From positions 215,488 through 279,487 of the forward strand of contig CAVRJC010000012.1 in assembly GCA_963721435.1 (NCBI GenBank): a DNA stretch of 64,000 nt. Reading direction: 5' to 3'. The translations under genes were made by a program, and so were the position numbers. Shown here one piece after another: positions 39,159-48,744 of this stretch. Each line of letters begins with the position of its first letter. Position 1 is the stretch's first letter. Origin of the DNA: an uncultured Actinomycetes bacterium. Its GTDB lineage: Bacteria; Actinomycetota; Acidimicrobiia; IMCC26256; DASPTH01. Under the pieces are notes generated by a model. That model was not told the DNA's origin. It did no database searches and saw nothing but the letters and a program-made list of their open reading frames with translations.

Positions 39159-39219
39159 GGCACGTCTCTACCAGTTCGGCACTCCGCGCACCAGCCCACC
39201 CGTGACGTGCGCGCGACGT

Positions 39220-39967
39220 TCAGCTCGACGGTGGGGTGATGGAGGTGTCCGGCACCGTCGCCTCGTCGTCGCGGAGGTCGACGGGAGGGCCGTCGACGGG
39301 CACGAAGTACATGACGTGCGTCGGCTTCGGCATCGGCGTCATCTCGTGTTCCCAGCTCGAGGTGCACATGACACAACGGTCGCGCCGAGCGTCCGGTTCC
39401 GGAATGACCGCGTCGGTTGATTCGCCGCGCTGCGAGGCAACGTCCATGTGACCGCGCGGCCACGCGTCGTGTCGGGCGACCGCATGATCTCCACGAGCAA
39501 CACCCACGCGGTCGCCGCGGCGACGACGAACGTGGCGACCATTCCGGCGGACCAGTGGAGGCCGCCGCCGGCTTCGGCGACGATCGTCGCACCACCCACG
39601 ACGAAAGGCAGGATCGCGATCTGCGTCAACACGAATCGGCTCCCGCGGTGTTCGTTGGCCTCGACGGGGTGGTGCGCATTCCGGTACTGCACGGACATCA
39701 CCAGCACCCACGTCGCGCTCGCCGCCACCAGCACCTCGAGCCCGAGGGCAACGTTCGACTGGCCGGGCATCAGGCGACGGACGAGATCACGAGCGCGTTC
39801 ACGAGGATCGCGATGGTCTCGCCTGCCCGTCCCGGTAGTGACGGGAACTCCAGGATCCTCCGGAGGTTGATCGACATCGCGACGAACAGGAGCCCGGCGA
39901 GCGCCGCTGATGCCCCGGTTTCCGCGACGAAGAACGACCCCCACGACGAGGCGTGATACGCGTACAT
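39220..39967 (-). pseudogene. multi-pass membrane protein of unknown function with two apparent -1 frame changes (~39771 and ~39450); alternatively a membrane gene plus a separate 75-aa ORF 39220..39447
   Basis: ATG 39967 MYAYHASSWGSFFVAETG..NALVISSVA. It continues in a second frame as LMPGQSNVALGLEVLV..AWVLLVEIMRS. The third-position G/C signal then moves to the frame of MDVASQRGESTDAV..TPPSS* (stop 39220). Confidence 0.45.
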
Positions 39968-39972
39968 GGCGG

Positions 39973-41793
39973 CTACAGCAGTGGCGTGACGATGGCGAAG
40001 TCCGCCGCCTGCGCGTCGACCAGCCCCATGAGGCGCCCGAGCGTGGCGGGATCCCCGGAGTGCTCGATGCCGTCGAAGCCACCACCGCCGAGGAGCCCGA
40101 GGAGCTGCGCGGTCGTGAGCGTCAGCGAGAGGTCGACGTGCACCGACGCATCTTCAATCGGGTCGACGTCCTGGATCAGCACGCCGTTGCTCAGATGGGT
40201 GCGATACGTGCGGCCGAGATCCGTGAAGTGCCAGTCGACGGCCAACTCCTCGTTCCACGCGCGCGGCCCGTTGACGCGGATCGCGATCGAGTCGAAGAGC
40301 TGGTCGATGCTGAGCGCCGACACCATGTCGGGCGCCGCCGCGGCTTTCAACGCCGAAGCCTGGATGCCGTGGCGCAGCTCGTACGCGCCCATCAGGTAGA
40401 AGTTGCGCCACGTGCCGTTCTCGGCGCCCCATCCCAGGCGGTCGTAGGTGTCGGCGAGCAGCGCGCGTGCCGCGGCGTGGTCAGGCGCGGCGAACACGAC
40501 GTGATTCAGGAGCTCGACTGCGAACCGCAGATCGCCGTCGTCGAAGTAGCCCTTGGCCTGCTCGACGACCGCGTCGGCGCCGCCCATGCACTCGACGTAG
40601 CGCTTCCCGCTCTCCACCGGCGGATGCTGCCAGAGGTTCGCCGGATTGCCGTCGAACCAGCCGAGATACCGCTGGTAGATGGCCTTCACGTTGTGACTCA
40701 CCGAGCCGTAGTACCCGTGCGTGTGCCACGAGGCCTCGAGCTTCGGCGGCAGCTCCATCGTCTCCGCGATCTCGATACCCGTGCTCCCCGCGTTGAGCAT
40801 CCGCAGCGTCTGATCGTGCAGGTACGCGTAGAGATCGCGCTGCTGCGACAGGAACTCCACGATGCGATCGGAGCCCCACATCGGCCAGTGGTGCGACGCG
40901 AATGCGACCTCGGCGTCGCGCGCGAACAGTGCGATCGCCTCGTTGAGGTACCGGGCCCACATCCGTGGGTCGCGCACGACCGCGCCGCGCAGCGTCAGGA
41001 GATTGTGGAGGTTGTGGGTGGCGTTCTCGGCCATGCACAACGCGCGGTGGTCGGGGAAGTAGAAGTTCATCTCCACCGGGCACTCGGTGCCCGGCGTCAT
41101 CTGGAATTGCATCCGCACGCCGTCGATCGTCTCTTCCTGGCCGGTGTGGGTGACCCAGAGCGTGGGCCGGATGAGCCCGATGGTCCCGAGTGACGTCGTC
41201 ATGCCGAGCCCGGCCCCGATCTGGCCCTTGGGACCTCTCGGAAGCTGCGCGCCGTACATGAACTCGGCACGACGCGTCATCGCCTTGCCCGCATAGACGT
41301 TCTCGGAAACTGCCGCCTCCATGAATCCCTCGGCGGCGATGATCGGCACGTCACCGCCCGGGTACACACCGTGCACGCCGCCGAAGTGATCGCCGTGCGC
41401 GTGCGTGTAGATGACCGCGGTCACCGCACGGTCGCCGCGGTGCTTCCGGTAGAGCGCGAGCGACGCGGCCGCGCACTCCTTCGAAATCAGTGGGTCGATC
41501 GCGATGACGCCGTTCTCGCTCTCGACCAACGTCATGTTGGAGAGGTCGAGCCCGCGGACCTGGTAGATCCCGTCGGTCACCTCGTACAAACCCTGCTTCG
41601 CGCACAGCTGGCCCTGGCGCCACAGACTCGGGTGGGCCGTGTCGGGGCAGTCGCCGGCGAGGAACGCGTAGGCATCGTTGTCCCACACGACACGTCCGTC
41701 GTCGGCGTGCACCACGCACGGCTCGAGCGAGCCGATCAGTCCCCGATCCGCGTCGTCGAAGTCCTGGCGGTCGGCGTAGTCCATCTCGGGCAT
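39973..41793 (-). CDS. alkyl/aryl-sulfatase, metallo-beta-lactamase fold (SdsA1/YjcS type)
   Basis: 606 aa, intact. YTHAHGDHFGG metal motif, followed by dimerisation and SCP2-like C-terminal regions. Confidence 0.9.
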   Translation of the reverse strand: MPEMDYADRQDFDDADRGLIGSLEPCVVHADDGRVVWDNDAYAFLAGDCPDTAHPSLWRQGQLCAKQGLYEVTDGIYQVRGLDLSNMTLVESENGVIAIDPLISKECAAASLALYRKHRGDRAVTAVIYTHAHGDHFGGVHGVYPGGDVPIIAAEGFMEAAVSENVYAGKAMTRRAEFMYGAQLPRGPKGQIGAGLGMTTSLGTIGLIRPTLWVTHTGQEETIDGVRMQFQMTPGTECPVEMNFYFPDHRALCMAENATHNLHNLLTLRGAVVRDPRMWARYLNEAIALFARDAEVAFASHHWPMWGSDRIVEFLSQQRDLYAYLHDQTLRMLNAGSTGIEIAETMELPPKLEASWHTHGYYGSVSHNVKAIYQRYLGWFDGNPANLWQHPPVESGKRYVECMGGADAVVEQAKGYFDDGDLRFAVELLNHVVFAAPDHAAARALLADTYDRLGWGAENGTWRNFYLMGAYELRHGIQASALKAAAAPDMVSALSIDQLFDSIAIRVNGPRAWNEELAVDWHFTDLGRTYRTHLSNGVLIQDVDPIEDASVHVDLSLTLTTAQLLGLLGGGGFDGIEHSGDPATLGRLMGLVDAQAADFAIVTPLL

Positions 41794-41835
41794 CGTTCGC
41801 TCCTCCTGCCGCGGGAGCCGAACGATAGCGACGGG

Positions 41836-43146
41836 CTACGCGAAGGCGCCGAACTGTCGGAACGCCCACATGCCGTGTGCGGCGGGCACCTCGTCGATCG
41901 GAGTGATCGCGTCACGCAGCGTCGGCGCGTTGATGGTCTGCGCCAACTTGTGCAGGTACTCGCCGTCGAGGCCGTACGCGGCGACGCCGTTGAGCCCGAG
42001 CATGGCCTTGACCTTCTCGGGGTCGAGGTCGTGGTACGCGTAGCGCAGCGACAGCTGGCTCTGCGGCACCTCACCCTCGCCGGGGCGGATCCACGTGCCC
42101 TCGACATGCGGGTAGTCGGTGCCCCAGATCACGTTCTGCCACCAGTCGTTCTCGATCGCGTCGATCGCCTCGAAGCGCGACATGAAGCTGGCGCCGAGGA
42201 ACACGTTGGTGCGGGCGACGTCGCTCGGCTTGCGCGTGTTCGTGTCGCCGAACACCATCGAGTAGCCCATGGTGGAGTCCATGTCGTCGAGGCGGATCTT
42301 GTACCACTGACCCGGGTACTCGGTGAGCACGAGCTTGAGGTCCGGGAAGCGCTCGAACACACCACCGAAGATCATGCGGTGCATCGGCCACTTGCCCTTG
42401 TCCTGCGCTTCGATCATCCAGCAGGGCGCACCACCGGGCAGCTCCATCTGCGGGTCACCGGCACCACCGTGGGTGCACAGCGTCATGCCGAGGTCCTGGC
42501 ACGCGGCCCACAGCGGGTCCCACACCGGGTCGTTGTAGAAGTGCTGACCCGCCCAGCGGGAGCGGTTGTTCTCACCGGGGCCGCTCTCGCACGGGAAGTT
42601 GACCGCGCGCAGGCCGTGCTCACGCGCCCACGTGGCTTCCTTCACCGCGGCGTCGATGTCCCACATCGGAAGGTGCGCGAGGCCGACGTGGCGCTCGGGC
42701 TGCACCGAGCAGAAGTCGGCGAGCCACTCGTTGTAGATGTGACGGCCGACACCCGCGAGCTCGAAGTCGACGTCGTAGCGGCGCTCCATCGTCGCCATCC
42801 CGACCGACGGGTCGGAGATGATGAACGGGATCGGCTCGCCGTTCTGGCTGCCGTGGAAGAGCACTTCCGCGGACGTGCCGTCCTGGTCGAGGTCAGCGAG
42901 ACGCGCCGAGGGGCTCCAGTGACCGTCGGTCGCGTTCAGCGCCTCACGGCTGCCACCGACCATGCCCTCGAGGTCGTCCATGTACTTGAGGAAACGGTCG
43001 TACTCGTCGAGGTAGCTCTGCGGGCAGTACGGCCGCAGGTCTTCGCGCAGACGCGGCCCGATGTGGGTGTCACACGAGACGATGACGACCTTTTCGTCGA
43101 GATCGACTGCCGTAGCGCTGCCGTTGCCCGAACCGTTCTCCGACAT
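41836..43146 (-). CDS. amidohydrolase_2 family protein
   Basis: ATG 43146. VIVSCDTHIGP, LCTHGGAG, WGTDYPHVEGTW. Confidence 0.87.
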   Translation of the reverse strand: MSENGSGNGSATAVDLDEKVVIVSCDTHIGPRLREDLRPYCPQSYLDEYDRFLKYMDDLEGMVGGSREALNATDGHWSPSARLADLDQDGTSAEVLFHGSQNGEPIPFIISDPSVGMATMERRYDVDFELAGVGRHIYNEWLADFCSVQPERHVGLAHLPMWDIDAAVKEATWAREHGLRAVNFPCESGPGENNRSRWAGQHFYNDPVWDPLWAACQDLGMTLCTHGGAGDPQMELPGGAPCWMIEAQDKGKWPMHRMIFGGVFERFPDLKLVLTEYPGQWYKIRLDDMDSTMGYSMVFGDTNTRKPSDVARTNVFLGASFMSRFEAIDAIENDWWQNVIWGTDYPHVEGTWIRPGEGEVPQSQLSLRYAYHDLDPEKVKAMLGLNGVAAYGLDGEYLHKLAQTINAPTLRDAITPIDEVPAAHGMWAFRQFGAFA

Positions 43147-43186
43147 GCAGATTCCCCCGTAGAGCTCGTGGTGGCAGGATCTTCCC

Positions 43187-44032
43187 ATGCTATTCGGCCT
43201 GTTCCCGATCAATACCTCGGCGCTCGCGGCCCCCGAGTTGATGGCCCGAGTGGCGATCGCCGCCGACGAGGCCGGCATCGAGTCGGTCTTCACCGGCGAG
43301 CACGTCGTCGTGCCCGACCCGCTGGCGCCGCCGTCCCACGTGCCCCCCGAGACGGTGCTGGTGCACCCGAGCACCGCGCTGGCCTACTGCGCCGCCGTCA
43401 CCACCCGCCTCAAGCTCGGCACCGGGATCACCCTGCTCCCGTCCCACAACCCGTTGGTGGTGGCGAAGGAGTACGGCAGCCTCGACCACCTGTCGGGCGG
43501 GCGCCTCATCCTCGGGATCGGCGTGGGCTACGTCCCCCTCGAGTACGAGGTGCTCGGTCTGGAGTACGAGAACCGGGGGCGGCGCACCGACGAGTACATC
43601 GACGCGATCCGCGCGATGTGGACGCAGCCATCGCCCGAGTTCGACGGCGAGTTCGTCGCGTTCAGCGGGATCAACGCGTTCCCGCGGCCGGTGCAGCAGC
43701 CGCCTCCGATCCTCGTCGGCGGCACGAGCGCGGCAGCGTTCCGGCGCGTCGTCGAACGTGGCAACGGGTGGATCGGCGGTGGTGGCACGCCCGAGGGCGT
43801 GCGCGACGCGCAGGCCGCGATCGCAACGGCAACCGCGCGCTACGACCGTCCCGCAGCGCTCGGCGAGATCGAGCTCACCGTCACGCCCAGCGCCGCGCTC
43901 GACCGCGACCTCGTTGCGCAGTTCGAAGACCTCGGCGTGACGCGTTGCATCGTCGGCTTCCGCGCCTACGGATTCGAGCCGACCGCCGACGGCTACCTGC
44001 GCTGGGTCGACACTGTCGCCGCGCTCGTGTGA
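43187..44032 (+). CDS. LLM-class F420-dependent oxidoreductase
   Basis: CAGGAT-N6-ATG 43187. FTGEHVVVP, LSGGRLILGIGVGYVPLEYEVLG, PPILVGGTS. Confidence 0.9.
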   Translation: MLFGLFPINTSALAAPELMARVAIAADEAGIESVFTGEHVVVPDPLAPPSHVPPETVLVHPSTALAYCAAVTTRLKLGTGITLLPSHNPLVVAKEYGSLDHLSGGRLILGIGVGYVPLEYEVLGLEYENRGRRTDEYIDAIRAMWTQPSPEFDGEFVAFSGINAFPRPVQQPPPILVGGTSAAAFRRVVERGNGWIGGGGTPEGVRDAQAAIATATARYDRPAALGEIELTVTPSAALDRDLVAQFEDLGVTRCIVGFRAYGFEPTADGYLRWVDTVAALV

Positions 44033-44053
44033 GCGCCACCGCGACTGCCGGCG

Positions 44054-45262
44054 TTACTTCGTGATGCCGAAGCGCTCGAGGCCGAACGCGCGGATCGCGT
44101 TGCCGCGCAGCAGCTTGTAGGTCTCGTCCTCGTCGAGCCCCGCTTGATCGCAGATCTCCCGCGCCACCTTCTCGGAGTGCGGGAACGTGCTGTCGGCGTG
44201 CGGGTAGTCGGTCTCGAAGCAGATCGTGTCCATCCCGATCCGATTGCGCGCTTCGAGCCCGCTCTCGTCGTCGAAGATGCAGCCGATCACTCGGTCCTTG
44301 ATGTACGTGGTCGGCGGCTCGCGGAGGCTGCTGCCGAACGCGTTGTCGGAACGCTCGAGCCACAGCTTGTCCATCCGCTCGAGCACGTAGGGCATCCACC
44401 CGACCTGGCCCTCGGAGTACGCGATCGTCAGGTTCGGGAAGCGCTCGAGCGTTCCGGAGAAGACGAAGTCGAGCAGCGAGCCCATCGCGTTCGCGAACGT
44501 GAGCACCGAGCTCACGATGAACGGCGCATCGGGAGTGGTGCCGGGCATGCGCGACGACGATCCGATGTGCATGCAGACCACCGTCTCGGTCTCCTCACAC
44601 GCGGCGAAAAGCGGGTCCCACTCCCCCGAGTGCACCGACGGGAGCCCGAGCGCGTACGGGTTCTCGCTGAAGGTCAACGCGTGGCTGCCCTTGTCGGCGC
44701 ACCGCCGCACCTCGGAGGCGGCGAGCTGCGCGTCCCAGAGCGGCACCATCGTGACGGGGATCAGACGACCGCGCCCGTCGCCCGCGCACCACTCGTCGAC
44801 CATCCAGTCGTTGTACGCCTTCACACACTCGAGCGCGAGCTCCTTGTCCTTGCGCTCCGCGAAGGTCTGGCCACAGAAGCGAGGGAGCGAGTTCGGGAAG
44901 CACAGCGACGCGTCGACGTGGTTGTCGTCCATGTCGGCGAGCCGCTCGGTCTGCTTCCACCCACCGGGGCGTATGTCGTCGTAGGTGGTCACGCCGAAGT
45001 CACGCTGGCTGTCGTCGAATCCGACGGCCGCCATGAGCACCATCATCGGGGAACGGACGTCGTCGTAGTACCAGACGTCGGCCCAACCGCCGTACGCGGT
45101 GGCGAGGTTGCTCCCTCCGCCGTCGAACTTCTCACGGACGACGCGCGGGCCGTTCTCGATGAACTGCCGCGGGAGACGGCTGGTCCAGAGGTCGGGCGGC
45201 TCGACGACATGGTCGTCGACGGAGATGATGCGCGGGATCGAGCCAGTGGTGGAGGTGGTCAT
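44054..45262 (-). CDS. amidohydrolase_2 family protein
   Basis: ATG 45262 overlaps the upstream stop (ATGA). IISVDDHVVEP, ASLCFPNSLPRFCGQ, MHIGSSS, ETDYPHADSTFP. Paralogue of 12727..13926. Confidence 0.88.
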   Translation of the reverse strand: MTTSTTGSIPRIISVDDHVVEPPDLWTSRLPRQFIENGPRVVREKFDGGGSNLATAYGGWADVWYYDDVRSPMMVLMAAVGFDDSQRDFGVTTYDDIRPGGWKQTERLADMDDNHVDASLCFPNSLPRFCGQTFAERKDKELALECVKAYNDWMVDEWCAGDGRGRLIPVTMVPLWDAQLAASEVRRCADKGSHALTFSENPYALGLPSVHSGEWDPLFAACEETETVVCMHIGSSSRMPGTTPDAPFIVSSVLTFANAMGSLLDFVFSGTLERFPNLTIAYSEGQVGWMPYVLERMDKLWLERSDNAFGSSLREPPTTYIKDRVIGCIFDDESGLEARNRIGMDTICFETDYPHADSTFPHSEKVAREICDQAGLDEDETYKLLRGNAIRAFGLERFGITK

Positions 45263-46991
45263 CGGGTGCTCACTGTGTCGGTGTTGCGACCGGAGCGCAG
45301 GACAGTGCCCGCGGTCGCGCCAGTAGGACTGCCGTCGGTGATCGTCTCGACGCCGTTGACGAACACGCGGTGCACACCGATCGGGTCGGCGAGCATGCGC
45401 ACGCTGCCACCGGGGAGGTCGTGCACCAACGTCGGCGGGCCGGCGTCGACAGTTGCCGGGTCGAGTACCACGACGTCGGCGAAGGAGCCTTCGGCCAGGC
45501 GCCCACGGTCGCGCAGCCCGTAGAGCCGCGCCGGCGCGTCGCTGATGAGCTGCACCGCGCGCTCGAGCCCGAGCACCTGACGTCCGCGGATGCAGTCGCC
45601 GAGAAAGCGCGTGACGTACGGCGCACCGCACATGCGATCGAGGTGCGCGCCGCCGTCGGACCCACCGAGGAGCACGTCTTCGCGCTGCCACACGTCGGCG
45701 TACGCGGGGAAGTCCTCGCCCAGGTTGCCGGTGAGGTTGTCGCGCGGGTCACGCGGCCACAGCACCGTGCGGAAGTCGTCGGCGAGCACGATGGCGACGA
45801 GCGCTTCGAAGTCGTCGTCGATGCCCCGCTCGGCCGCGATCTCGCGCACCTTGCGGCCGGTCATGCCCTCGTTGGAGGTCGAGTAGGTGTCGCCGATGAT
45901 GTAGCCGCCGAAGCGCGTCATGCCGCCGAGTGCCGACTGCCCCGCCTGCGCCATCAGGTCGGCGCGCACCGCCGGGTCCTGCAGCATGCGGGCCTTCTCG
46001 GGCTTGGGCAGGCGTAGCACCGCGTCCCAACCTGGGATCAGCCACAGCGCGCAGAAGGTGTTGAGGCTCATGCACATCGGCGCCGGCACCGGCATGCTCA
46101 GCGCGACGACGCGCCCGCCGATCTCCCGCGCCCGAGCCGACGGCAGGAGCTGCCGGGCGAGCTTCTCGGTGTCGCTCGCCGCGACCGCGAGCACGTTCCA
46201 GTTGAGCGGTCGCCCGGCGCGCGCGCTCATCTGCGCGAAGAGCTCCACCTCGCCGTCGTCGAAGCCCGCGATGCAGCCCGACGTGATCGCCTCGATCGAC
46301 GTACCGGGATGCTCGCCGACGACGTCGCACAGCGCGAGCAGCTCCTGTTCGGACGCGTAGCGGCTCGGCACCGGCTGGCCGTCGCCGTCGAGGTGCGTGT
46401 TGGATCGACTCGTCGAGAGCCCGAGGCCGCCCTCGTCGAGCGACCGGTGCATCAGCTGGAGCATCTCCGCGAGCTCGTCGGAGGTTGCCTCGCGGCGCGT
46501 GTCGTCGCCTTCCATCACATAGCGACGCAGCGCACAATGACCGACCATGAACCCCGCGTTCACCGCGATGTTGCCTTCGAACGCGTCGAGGAACTCGCCG
46601 AAGCTGTCCCACGTCCACCGCACGCCCTGCTCGAGCGCGGCGAGCGGCATGCCTTCGACCCGCTCCATCAGCCGCCGCGTGTAGTCGGCGTCGCGCTCCT
46701 TGAGCGGCGCGATCGTGAACCCGCAGTTGCCGCCGATCACGCTGGTGACGCCGTGCCAGCTCGACGGCGTGGCGAGCGGGTCCCAGAAGAGCTGTGCGTC
46801 GTAGTGCGTGTGCGGGTCGACGAATCCTGGCGTCACGACGAGATCGGTCGCATCCACGGTGCGCGTCGCGGATTCGTCGAGATCCCCGACGGCGACGACC
46901 CGCCCGTCTCGGATTCCGACGTCGGCGCGTCGCGTGCCGCACCCCCGGTGCCGTCGATGACCGTGCCGCCGATGATCGCAGTGTCGAGCAT
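45259..46991 (-). CDS. N-acyl-D-amino-acid deacylase (D-aminoacylase) family amidohydrolase, apparent -1 frameshift in C5 run 46941-46945
   Basis: ATG 46991 MLDTAIIGGTVIDGTGG (track ORF 46833..47018). It continues in the 45259..47034 frame as RRADVGIRDGRVVAVGD..PGFVDPHTHYD. Confidence 0.8.
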
Positions 46992-47057
46992 TCGGGGAGC
47001 TTGCCACGGCGCCGCCATCGCAATGCAATCGCATCAGAACCCTGCGAGACTGCCGCG

Positions 47058-47906
47058 ATGCTCGAGAACTACGAATCGCCCGTTCCGCTCGACCGGATGC
47101 TCTTCACGATGGTCGACCCGAACCGCGGGTACGAGGTCGCGCACAACCGCTGGTACGAGCGTGACCATTTCTACGCGGGCTGCATGATCGGCCGAGGTTG
47201 GTTCGCGGGCCAACGCTGGATCGCACCCCGACGGCTCAAGGACCTGCGCTTCCCGGCCGACGGCCCCGTCGCGGAGCCGGTCGACGCGGGCTCGTACCTC
47301 GCCGTCTACTGGATGACGAGCGAGGATCCGGACCTCACCTGGGCGACCGAGCAGGTCCGCTGGCTCTACGCGAACGGCCGCGGTTTCCCCGAGCGAACGC
47401 TCGTGCACTCGGGCATCTACCGCTATCTCGGCGCCGCGCACCGGGAGCCCGACGGCGTTCCCGTCGAGCTCGCCTTCGACCACGGCTACCCCGGGCTCGG
47501 CGTCGTCGTCGTCGAGCCCGCGCCGGGCACGACACGCGACGAGCTGCAGGCCACGCTCGACGCGACCGCGACCGCGTCGTTCAAGAAGGACGCGCGTGTC
47601 GACATGGTTGCGAGCTTCGGTGTGCTCGACGCCGAAGCGCCCCGCGCTCGCAATGCCGCACCTCCGGCAGACGACGCGCCCACCGCGCCGGGGCAACCGG
47701 GCGGTCCGAGCCTGGGCTCGGCGGGCGGCACCGACGATCGCATCGTGCAGCTCGCCTTCGTCGAAGGCGCGCCCGACGACACGTGGGACTGGTTCCGCAG
47801 CTACGCCGGCGTGATCGCCCGGACCGGGAAGGCCACCGTCACCTTCGCCGCTCCGTTCTTCGCCGCCGTGGTCGGCACCGACACCTATCTCGACGAACTC
47901 TGGTAG
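47058..47906 (+). CDS. conserved hypothetical protein
   Basis: GAGACT-N6-ATG 47058. MLENYESPVPLDRMLFTMVDPNRGYEVAHNRWYERDHFYAG. 282 aa. Confidence 0.6.
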   Translation: MLENYESPVPLDRMLFTMVDPNRGYEVAHNRWYERDHFYAGCMIGRGWFAGQRWIAPRRLKDLRFPADGPVAEPVDAGSYLAVYWMTSEDPDLTWATEQVRWLYANGRGFPERTLVHSGIYRYLGAAHREPDGVPVELAFDHGYPGLGVVVVEPAPGTTRDELQATLDATATASFKKDARVDMVASFGVLDAEAPRARNAAPPADDAPTAPGQPGGPSLGSAGGTDDRIVQLAFVEGAPDDTWDWFRSYAGVIARTGKATVTFAAPFFAAVVGTDTYLDELW

Positions 47907-47940
47907 GCCGCCCGCAGATCTCGGTCAACTCGTGACGTCG

Positions 47941-48732
47941 TCAGCTCCGCTCGCCGCGTTCTTCGACCTCCAGCCAGAGCGGCATCCCGATCGGGTCCAG
48001 GGCTTCTTCCGTGAGGTGCGCGACGAGACCGGCGGTGCGCGCGATGAGCACGACGCCGCGCACGCTGGTCGGCGGGATACCGATGTCGACCAGCGCCGCG
48101 CCTGCCGCGCCGGCGCCGTTGATCGGCAGGTGCCGTCCCGTGATCTCGTCGTGCACCGCGCCGACGAACGCCAGCAGGCGGAGGTGCTGCCCGAGCAACC
48201 CTTCCCCGGCCGCGAGCTCGTAGAGACGCGGCGTGCGCGGATCGATGTCCTTGTGCACCGGGTGCCCGAGCCCCGGGACGCGCGCGCCCGCAAGGCGGAG
48301 CGCGACCACCGCCTCCTCGGCGATCGACGCGAGCGTCGCGTCGTCGACGTTCGCGGTGACGTCGCGCTGGCGCAACGTGTCCGACAGGAACTGCGCGGTG
48401 TCGCCGGCCGGGCCCAGGAACACGCTGCCGGCGCCGAGCAGTCCGGCGGCGATCGCCGCCTGCGGGGCCTCCGGTGCGCCGGTGTACGTGAGGCGCGTCG
48501 CGAGCGCGCCCGGTGTGAGCCCGTGATCGGCGAGCGACACGAACACCGTGTCGAGGATGCGGCGTTGCCCGTCGGTCGGCTCGCGCCGCGTGATCAGGAG
48601 GTACGCGAGCTCGGTGAGCGTCAGCCGCCCCATGATCTCGGCGGGGAGATCACGCCCGGCGACCGTGATGCGATCGCGGTCGGAGGACCCGATCCAACTG
48701 TGCAGCCACTCCGCGCCGTCAGGGTTCGTCAT
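47941..48732 (-). CDS. citrate-synthase-like / citryl-CoA lyase family protein
   Basis: 263 aa. GLGHPVHKDIDPRTPRL (citrate-synthase signature region). Confidence 0.72.
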   Translation of the reverse strand: MTNPDGAEWLHSWIGSSDRDRITVAGRDLPAEIMGRLTLTELAYLLITRREPTDGQRRILDTVFVSLADHGLTPGALATRLTYTGAPEAPQAAIAAGLLGAGSVFLGPAGDTAQFLSDTLRQRDVTANVDDATLASIAEEAVVALRLAGARVPGLGHPVHKDIDPRTPRLYELAAGEGLLGQHLRLLAFVGAVHDEITGRHLPINGAGAAGAALVDIGIPPTSVRGVVLIARTAGLVAHLTEEALDPIGMPLWLEVEERGERS

Positions 48733-48744
48733 CCCGGGAGCTTG

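Noticed and set aside
39339-39447. C-terminal 36 codons of track ORF 39339..40085 as the true end of the membrane protein
   Set aside because: The third-position G/C bias drops in this frame after ~39450 and moves to the frame ending at 39220. Either a -1 change or a separate small ORF is more consistent with the data.
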